Under the pieces are notes generated by a model. That model saw only the letters and a list, made by a program, of their open reading frames with translations. It was not told where the DNA came from and made no database searches. 64,000 nucleotides of DNA from the NCBI GenBank assembly GCA_951406725.2, contig OX597820.1:76694001-76758000 (forward strand), in the 5' to 3' direction. The stretch's first letter is position 1. Each line of letters begins with the position of its first letter. The translations under genes were made by a program, and so were the position numbers. Positions 54,376-64,000 of this stretch are shown one piece after another. The DNA comes from Octopus vulgaris (Eukaryota).

Positions 54376-56280
54376 TTAATATTGGCGCTGGAATATTAAC
54401 AAACTCACATTCGGAGAACTGCAGTGACAACTAAAGTAGAGATAGCCCCCTCCCCCTTTTTTTCTAATATAAGGAATTATAGCCAAGCTTGGTAATGATT
54501 ATTTTTCTTTCGAAAGTTTGTATAAATTCCATCAGTTCATATAATCCGTAAGTAATTTTATAACAATTATATTATAATTTTCCTCATATTATCTATGATA
54601 TTACCATATTTCTTGATGTTACCTATGGCAGCCATTGTATATCACAGAGTTAACTGCCGTATAATGAATAGAATTCTAGTTTCAAATACGCCGCCACGTT
54701 TACACAAGTCGCAATTGCTTTATTTGCTGTCCTGAAAGGCATTTTCTTTCCACATACTGCGACTGAAATCTCACGTCGTTTGCCAATATCATCCCACAAA
54801 AGTGAAATATCTGGATGTGTTATGTCTGTATTCCTGATTGGAAGAATTTTCGACATGTATTATTTCGGATTACTCCAAGTACATTGGAGATATTTAGCCA
54901 AGAGCCATCTTCAATATTTGGAGAAGAAAAAAAGTAACAAATCCGTGCAAATTTCACCGAAGTATTATGGGTTTGGTATTAAATGCCATTGATGAATAAA
55001 GGGTTCTCGATAAATTGAACCTAGGGCTGAAAATATCTGTCAATCACTAAAATAGGCACGACTTCTGAAACTAACCAGATTGAAAGAGTTAAGTACTTTC
55101 ATTTAACCGGCGGCCATTTAAACTGTGTATTACAAACAGACATATTCTGTCATACGCAAACGCTAACATTACAAAAACAGTATACATACACCAAATATGT
55201 AACTATAAGTGCTCAAACACAAAACACGCACATATATATACATATAAATATATGCATATATATGTATGGACGTATATCCTTACATGTATGTGGCGTGTGT
55301 GCGTCTATGTATGTATATATATATGTGTGTGTGTGTGTGTGTAGGTTCAGTTATCACGTTTATGTAGTCTATAGGGATATATTTCCTGTTAATTACTTGA
55401 TAAAAATATATTTTGCTATACAATTTATTCATGATCGTATGAACTGAACATATAACGGTGTTGAGCAAGAGTTGGATATTTACATTATCAAATAATTTAT
55501 TAATGATCGTATTTTTATATTATGATTAAAAAGACAAAATTGTGCGGCTATATCAATATTAATGACACCTACTTCCTCTCAAAATCATTATTGTTTACAT
55601 ATAATGGAATAATAATAGTATTGATGTCATCAAATACCGAGGCAGGCAACATAATAATATAATAAGAAAAACCATATACACCTATATACAGAGATCCAAC
55701 TATATGTCCCCCACCTGGGGTATGTATCGTGAGAAACAGCAGTTGAGGCTTCGATGTAACCTCCTGAGGTCCGAAAAATCCATGAATCATAATAGTGGAC
55801 AAAATTTATAAACTTGACTAGCTAGCAGAAATCCGAGGAAAGATATTTATTCCATTTATTGAGAGCTGTTTCGTTATATGTGCTAGTTAGATAAGTGACG
55901 CTACAAAATACATCACACACATATATCAATAAATATACACACGTAAATACATATGGACATATATATAAATATAAACACATGCACACACACTCACACACAT
56001 ATATAAGTAGATGTTGTAACGTAATGTATAGACATAACAGATCTTGATTTTATTCTTTTTATGATATTTGTCATTTCATGATTTTACTGGATTATTTCTG
56101 AATTTTGTATTTATCTACTTATCCTTGCATTTTTAGTAAGCTCAACACAGCAACATTCTAGATCCTGTAACGGGTGAAATCTGCCAAATGTATGCATTGT
56201 CATTTCCTATATACGGAAACAACTTGCTAATGTATATCAAAGTCTGATGCTTAGCTTGCTATGATATGTTCGTTCTGATG

Positions 56281-56315
<35 letters not shown>

Positions 56316-56435
56316 ACGTGTCTATGAATGTGTAAGAGACGGATGTTGCAGCCCCGCTTATGTAAGTAACACAGATTACGAAACAGCGGTCAACAAACTT
56401 AATAAACATGTATCCTCTCAGTTCTCTTTACTGGT

Positions 56436-56487
<52 letters not shown>

Positions 56488-57074
56488 GTATAACGAATGA
56501 AAGACAGAAGATGGAATATACGAGAATATATTATTTATCACAACAATGGTTTCGACATATCAATATATATATATATATATATATTACATTTCTATCCAGA
56601 GACTAGCTTCATCGGTTTGGAATAGTTTGACCTACCCAGATGTCGTTGCAAAACCGCTGTTGCAAACTTATAGAATTTCAAGAGAAATGTTTTCACTGAT
56701 ATACAAATATAGAAGTATTACATTCTAAATCTCTCAGAGTGGGTTATGCACTATAAGGTGATGGGGTGTCAACTTCACGAGGCAGTCTCAGGAAAGGGAA
56801 CAATGTTAGTTATTTAGCCTTAAGAAGCACCGTTTCTAGTTGGCTACGCGACACAAGATTCGTGTGTCCTTAATTTTCAAACAGGTGCGATAAGCACCTC
56901 CACTCAGCAAAGCCAGCATCCAGAGACTAGTTTCAGAGTAATTGCAACTGTAACACCCAACGTATATTCTTATTTTTATTCTTATATTTTCCTTTATACT
57001 TCTTATATCTCTCTCTTTACAAAATAACTTCTTACGTTGAAATCTACTATTTACTTCTGTTTAACTCTCTTATA

Positions 57075-57123
57075 TCGTCTGATGATGGGATATCCTTCAT
57101 ATCTCTGAAACAGCTGTAAAACT
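57075..57123 (+). ncRNA. Minimal type I hammerhead motif (core intact, stem I weak)
   Basis: CTGATGA-T-GGGATAT ccttc ATATCTC-T-GAAA-CAGCTG-TA. 7-bp stem II and palindromic stem III ACAGCTGT; stem I pairs poorly. Confidence 0.65.
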
Positions 57124-57354
57124 ACATCTCTCTTTATAAACGTCCTAGAAATTTCACACCGCCTTGGCTTCGTTGTCTCATTTTATTCAAATTATACACG
57201 CTCACACACGACCCGCGTTAGACTCCCCACTTATACTATTATCGAACCAGGAGTCTAACAGCGATCCTTCCGTAGTACTTACATAGCGTCACCTGCCTTT
57301 TGGATCCTCTGGATACCAAAACCTCTCATGTATTATATTATGTTATATTATAAA

Positions 57355-57412
<58 letters not shown>

Positions 57413-57984
57413 ATTCAAAATTAACTTCAATCTTGCTTGCTTGCAATGTTACACACCCAAACTGGCGCATACTGGGAAAATACTTTGACTGTAAATTCCC
57501 TTGAAATGTGAATACAAACGGAATAAAAGAAGTTTCGCGTAAATCGGACCAGTGGTTATTGAGATATTCGGGGTTCTGAGGGGTATAAATATCCAAAATG
57601 GTGCATAATGGAAAAATACTCCGAAAACTACTTCACCCTCAAACGGAAGTAACTTTATCCTTTCCATTAGCCACATTATGATGGGCAAAATATTTTAAAG
57701 TGAAAATGCCTTTAAAAGTACGGTAAATATTCCGTAACAGATCCGTTCGTAACTTTTCCATTGCTTTCTATCGAGTGCATTCAATGTATCTCACCGCCAA
57801 ATATGTGGTTGCTATTTCTAACACACTCTGCTACCACGCAACAGCTATTTGCGACAAAGGACCCGAAATACATGTCACGTAGTAGCAGAGCGTGCAAGAA
57901 ACAGCAGCCAAATAATTCCTTTTCTGTACAAAGGGACCGTTTACGCGTGAGTTTGATGTCACATTCCCTTACCAGTGGTTAATC

Positions 57985-58775
57985 TTTGTTGAAATTGTCT
58001 CCGAAGAAACAGATTTGTCAAAGGGCTCAACTCATTGTATTGTTCAGAGAATGATTATCCCAAGTCAAAATAGCAAGAAAATTGAAATGCTGAGAAAAGG
58101 TGCCCAAACGACCATAAAAAGATACAATGAGACAAATTCTTTCAAAAACCGTGAAAATGTGTACAACCCCGAGAGAAAACAGGTTGTTGAAAAGGACATA
58201 AATAGCTGATAGGAAAAAGAAAAATCTCTTTTAACGTATCTTCTGAGTTTCAGGGGCAGCAAAGATATCAAGTCGCACAGTGAGAAGACGATTATTAGAA
58301 GCTGGGTTCAAAGAATGTAAAGCTAGAAAGAAACCGTGGCTGTCTGAGGTGAACAAGGAGGAGCAATTGTCTTCGGCAAACGAGCATGAAGATTGGACTG
58401 TTATTAACTGGGCAAAAGTTGTTTGGTCCGATGAGAGCAACTTTTAGGTAGGTTCTCCATATTTGTTTCCACCAATTTATTATGCATAATTGAATTTATT
58501 ACGCTTGTACACATTTTTATTGGATACCAAAAATGATCAGTAAAATGTGTATTACTTCTCAGTGCTTTAGAACCCCTGGAGCTGTTTCTGTTCGTCGAAG
58601 AGTTAGGAAATCTTATGATCCTAGATGTGTTGTCCCAACAATCAAATTTGAACAGCCTAAATTAATGAAGAGTGGCAGAAAAATGAGCCAACCATTTCTG
58701 CCAACTTAGTCTCGAGCATGCAAAAAACGCAAAAAATCGGTTATAAAAGCAAACAGAGGACACATCAAATATTAA
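57985..58775 (+). pseudogene. Tc1-family transposase remnant with a GT-AG intron and internal deletion
   Basis: SQVKIARKL..IKRYNETNSF, RRLLEAGFKECKARKKPWLS..HEDWTVINWAKVVWSDESNF, intron 58448-58562, CFRTPGAVSVRRR..YDPRCVVPTIK, then a jump to the C-terminus W..NLVSSM..VIKANRGHIKY*. Confidence 0.9.
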
Positions 58776-58799
58776 TTATTGATAGAATATACTCAAAAT

Positions 58800-58875
58800 G
58801 TTTATTATTATTATTATTACTATTGTTATTATTATCATCATCATCATCATTATCACCACCACCACCACCATCATC

Positions 58876-58909
<34 letters not shown>

Positions 58910-58910
58910 C

Positions 58911-58974
<64 letters not shown>

Positions 58975-58975
58975 T
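58800..58975. repeat. (ATT)n/(ATC)n/(ACC)n compound microsatellite
   Basis: Direct inspection. Confidence 0.97.
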
Positions 58976-59054
58976 CAATTATGAAATAAATGTGTTCCAA
59001 TCATATTCAATATTTTTCCCTAACGGCCCCATAATTTTGGCTTAGGCTGTGTGC

Positions 59055-59087
<33 letters not shown>

Positions 59088-61745
59088 TGCGTGCCTGCGT
59101 GCGTGCATGTACGTATGTAAGGTATGTATGTATCTACTATTCGTGTGTGAGCGTGGATCGATTGATATTTGATCACATGTCTGCGTGTTCTCGAGTAACT
59201 TTTCAATCTACATTTTAACGTTGGTATGAAAATGCCCAACGGAGTATTTTCTGTAATGACATCTCTCTAAAAATAAACGAATATTCAAACGTAATATTAT
59301 TTTCTAATTACTTGAACCTAGAGGCAATTTAATTACAATTCAATATTGTTTTAAAATATAACACAATAAGATTTACCGAGACAGGTAGGAATATGTAGGC
59401 TTATGTTTACATATATATATATATTTACTCTCTAATACGCAACCACACACAAAAATATGTGCTGCATCAGAAAGTGTTACTATTGTTTACGTTACTCTGT
59501 TTTAATGGAAAAATGATAATGTGTTTTATTAAAACTTATACGGGATTATTTCAATATTTGATAAGTTTTGAAGATCGAATTTATCATGGAGTATTATGCT
59601 ATATTAAATAGTTAATATCCTAATAGGCTTTCGTTTCTGCATTCAGTTTGCAGGATTCTTGTTTCCCATTCGTGTGTTGTAACTATATTTTGTTGTATCT
59701 CAGAACGATCATTGTGTTAATAATATTCATACGCACTGATTACGTTTCACTTCCTTGTTGCTTATTTGACAATTAGTTAACTATTTAACGAATTAACATA
59801 TCGATTCCTTGATTAATCTTTCGGTCAGTCATTCAGTTAATTTCTCAAAGTCTTTTCGTTGCCGTTCGCGAGCTCATTAATAACACACACTCTCTTTCTC
59901 TCTCTCTCTCTCTAATCCAGGTTAATTGGTTAAATATTTAGCCAACTGACATCATTATAAAAGCAAATAGAAAGGGTGCATTTGTTTGTTATATGCATAA
60001 TCATCCTCCCATGATACAATAAAACAACATTAATGACGATTTTACAGATGCCGTGTGGACTTTTATTTTACGGAAATATCGCCATAAATTGCTCCACTTT
60101 ATCCTTCTAATAACTTTTACGCGTCCTTTGTATAATTTTTCGTATTTGCTTTCTATAATACTTTTCTTATTTACCAATTAAGCACACCCTAAGAGTGCGT
60201 GTGTTTAAATTGCAAGGTGGACCATTCGGAATTATTAAAATATCTATTTCAACACACGTTTTCACATCAAGAATCTTGAGCGTAAATAATTCCCTGTCAA
60301 CGTGAATGTGGCAAAAAATATAAATAATATATTTTCTTCCTTTTTGTTTGTTTTCTTTCTTTTTAGTATTTCTTTCATCTACGCTTGGAATAGGTATATT
60401 ATTTTCTTCAACTTCCATTGCAAGACGGCGACACTTTGTTTCATCGCATTTCGTTTTAGCAAATGTTTTCCAGCTGTAAATTTCTCTTGCTACCTTGTTA
60501 CCTAACGAAATCAAGTAGAAAGAACTGCATTCCCACCGATTCGAAGCCAATTTCCTCGATATCTTTTTGCAACATCTCTGTCTTTAGTTGTTATCCATCC
60601 TGAAGAATATTAACGCCTATCATGTCCAACGTTTCAAAACGTCTGTTATTGTAACATGGAGTGTTTCAATCTTCTGCTCTTTAATTGCCGTAAATAAGCC
60701 CTACATATTATATGTCATTATTTCAATTATATGTGTAATTCATTAGTGATTATATATTGTGTTGTATAATTTCTATTTTAATTAAAATGATTACAAATTT
60801 ATAAGCATTGAGCATGTAGAAATACATATAAATTTGATGTGTTTTAATAAATCTTTGTGTTTCGTTTCAGTCAGTGATGGCACAGCGGCCTTGTTGGGGC
60901 ACCACTTTGAAAGGTTTTGGCCGAATATATCACGGCCAGTAATTATTTTGTTAAATTTGACCCTTATCATACTAGCTTCTTTGGCTGAAAAGCTAAGTAA
61001 CGAGGACATGAATAAACCACCACCAGTTATCAAGTAATGAGGGGGTGGAAACAAGCACAAAAACACACACAAACACATGCACGCTACATAAGTACGCTAG
61101 CACTACTACCCATATATGTACGTACGTATGTATCACTGGATTTCACACGGTTTAATCTATCAATTTCACTCACAAAACACCGATCGTCTCAAGGCTATAT
61201 CAAAAGACACTTGCATAAGTGCTAAATTGGCCTGCCAACAAATGTTTGCAAAGTGACTTTCTGAACCGCACAGCCATTTCTACGCCTGTATAAACATTTC
61301 CGGTTATTATCCACCGTCTCGAATGTACTGCCAGTGTTCAGTTTATATAACTAGGTAAATATTATACATTGGTAGGTTTCTTACAACCAAAAAATCTTAT
61401 TATTTGCATTTCTGATATTTCACAGTAGATGAGTTTTCTATCAAACCACCATCTGGTCAAATGAAAATCTTGGACAAACCTTTACAAATTTAGAATATAA
61501 ATAATCATAAAACAAATTTTCTTTTCCTTGTAAATAACAAGTCGTCTTGTAGTATTCAGATGAGATTGCGTATCATACTTATTTCTTACAAGGAATAAAA
61601 AGAAAGCAAAATCATTTATTAAAAACAAAATGTCGGAACGTCATTGTATGTTTATATGATTTATCATTGTTTGAATTTAATACGAATTTCGGATGTCTAT
61701 TGTACATTTTACATTTTCTTCGTGTTTCAGTTTTCCAACCAGCAT

Positions 61746-61890
<145 letters not shown>

Positions 61891-63344
61891 CCTGGCGCAG
61901 CTGCTACTCTCCTCCTTGCTACAACGAATAGGATCGTTTGTAATGGAGATGCGTTGAGTCAGAACCCGAGGCTTTGTTGAATTTTGTTGTAAAGTATTTT
62001 TTTTTTACAGTTGCAATTTTTTGTTAAAACTCTGAATAAGTACTCCTTCTTAACTGGGTGGAGTGAATTACTATAGAATTGTGCCTGACGGGTACTTGTT
62101 TTTGAATATTTTATTTTCTCTTACATGTTTATTTATCTTAATTCGAATTATGGTGTCAGCATGGCCTTCTATGCGATTCAGCGTGATGGTTGTGGGTAGA
62201 ACGATTCATACCACAGCCAATTTCATACGAAACTTTAAACTCTCCCTCTGTTCCGGTCTAATACGATTACAGCGAATGATGGCAGGAAGAATTAGTCCCT
62301 GCATGTAAACAACAAAACCTGAAATAACTGATTCAGCCATAATGATAATAGTAATAAAGTAAGCACAGCGAGTTTAACACCAACAACAAAATTTGTAACG
62401 AGGTCTACAGTATCAAAAACAGCAACAAAATTTATAACGACGTGTGCAATAACAACAACAGCAACAGTGAAGAGAAATAGATATAAGAACAGTAAGAAAA
62501 CAACAAATGCAATAACTCCTTCAGCGACACCAGCAACATCAATTACGGGGACAGCAACACAACAGCAGCAGCTGCCGCTGCAACAACTAGAACTACAACA
62601 GCAATCCCACAGCTAACAATGACAGCAGCACCAGAAGAATAACAGCAATTAAAATTTAACTGGCGTTGAGCTGTTGCATGGGTAGGTAATATTTTCCTAG
62701 AATGGCGGCAAAGTCAACGTAATAATTCTCGCACTCCTAAATAAAAAGGACATACGTCTTAGAAAAGCTGCACGATTTGTGAGGGGGAAGAGAGCACCAG
62801 CTGCAAATCCAGCCGAGGTTTTGAGCAACAACTACCAGGAGGACGGAGATATATTGCTGTGGGCCGGCAAAATACTTGATGCTAAGAACCAGCAACACAA
62901 TCTCTACATGAAGAAACCTTAAAAATTTAGGGACAGCTATAGAAACTGTGAACAGGGCAAGGTTGTTAGGGGCATGAAGGTCCTCTTCAAGTGCAAGGCT
63001 CTCACGCTGAACTCTATAGCTCTTGTAGTTGCCAGGAAAATCAACAAAGAAACACGTTTAAGGAAAAGTACGTTTCGCATTAACAAAGAGATAATGATAA
63101 TTCCACATAGATTGGACACCTGATAGATCTTCACCAGTGACACGTACGAAGAGGAAGTTTTGATTCGGGACATCAGGGAAGATCTTCTGCCAGTTCAAGA
63201 TAGCGATTAATGGTGGGAAAGAACCTAGCTCTTATCTTAAAAAAAAAAAATATATATATATAGGACAATAAAGTTACTAGCTTCTGCCGGTGGAGCAATC
63301 TCAACAACAGCAACAACTTGCATCAATAAGAGCATCAGTATCAA

Positions 63345-63985
63345 TGGTAGAATCGTTAGCACGCGGGCGAAATGCTTGCATATAATTCGCCCATCTTTAA
63401 GTTTTGAGTTCAAATCCCACCGAGGCCGACTTTGCCTTTCGTCCTTTCGTAGTCGATACAGTAATTACCAGATGACCGCCGGGGTCGATGCAGTCGACTT
63501 ACGCATTCACTAGAAATTGTTGGCATTGTGCAAAAATTAAAAATTATTATCATTACTACTACTACTACTACCATTATTATTATTATTATCATTATTATAA
63601 AACGTGGCGAGCTGGCAGAAACGTTAGCACGCCGGGCGAAATGCGTAGCCGTATTTCGTCTGCCGTTAGGTTCTGAGTTCAAACTCTGCCGAGGTCGACT
63701 TTGCCTTTCATCCTTTCGGGGTCGATAAATTAAGTACTAGTTACGCACTGGGGTCGATATAATCGACTTAATCCCCGTGTCTGTCCTTGTTTGTCCACTC
63801 TATGTTTAGCCCCTTGTGGGTAGAAAAGAAATAAGTATTTCGCCAGTCTCTACGTTCTCAGTTGAAATTCTTTTCCTTGTTTCAGGGTCGATAAATGTAA
63901 GTACCACTTGAACACTGGGATCGATGTAATCGACTCATCCCCTCCCCTAAACTTGCTGCCCTTGTGGCAAAATTTGAAACAATTA
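63345..63985 (+). mobile_element. Three tandem SINE family A copies
   Basis: Near-consensus copy at 63603-63833 flanked by two older copies. Confidence 0.9.
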
Positions 63986-64000
63986 TAATTGTTATCGATT

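Noticed and set aside
60167-60600. 127-aa minus ORF (MEVEENNIPIPS...) as the possible first SLC6 coding exon
   Set aside because: No strong phase-0 donor and no recognisable homology; the start exon remains unlocated.
62340-63230. CAA/CAG-rich tract followed by coding-like sequence
   Set aside because: Degenerate simple repeat plus probable decayed TE; no motif I can name.

Overview
AT-rich, microsatellite-dense animal DNA. The SINE families and repeat landscape look like an octopus/coleoid cephalopod; this is an inference from recognition, not a database result. The only host gene I can support is a minus-strand SLC6 (neurotransmitter:sodium symporter, proline/glycine/ATB0,+-like) gene, seen as two cleanly spliceable exons (52585-52759, 49143-49274). 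I found no further exon in the remaining 49 kb. The rest is mostly transposon debris: CR1-group, R4/Dong-type and RTE LINEs, Penelope-like (GIY-YIG) elements, at least three tRNA-derived SINE families, an intron-containing Tc1 transposase remnant, and Helitron and hAT traces. The most striking signal is a set of about 11 type I hammerhead-ribozyme motifs carried by several unrelated small non-coding elements. One apparently intact hammerhead occurs in both orientations inside a young 508-nt partial-tandem plus inverted unit (22519-23460, retrozyme/Penelope pLTR architecture). A tRNA-headed SINE carries a hammerhead-derived tail (50680-51265). Nearly all ORFs in the supplied track are microsatellite artefacts.
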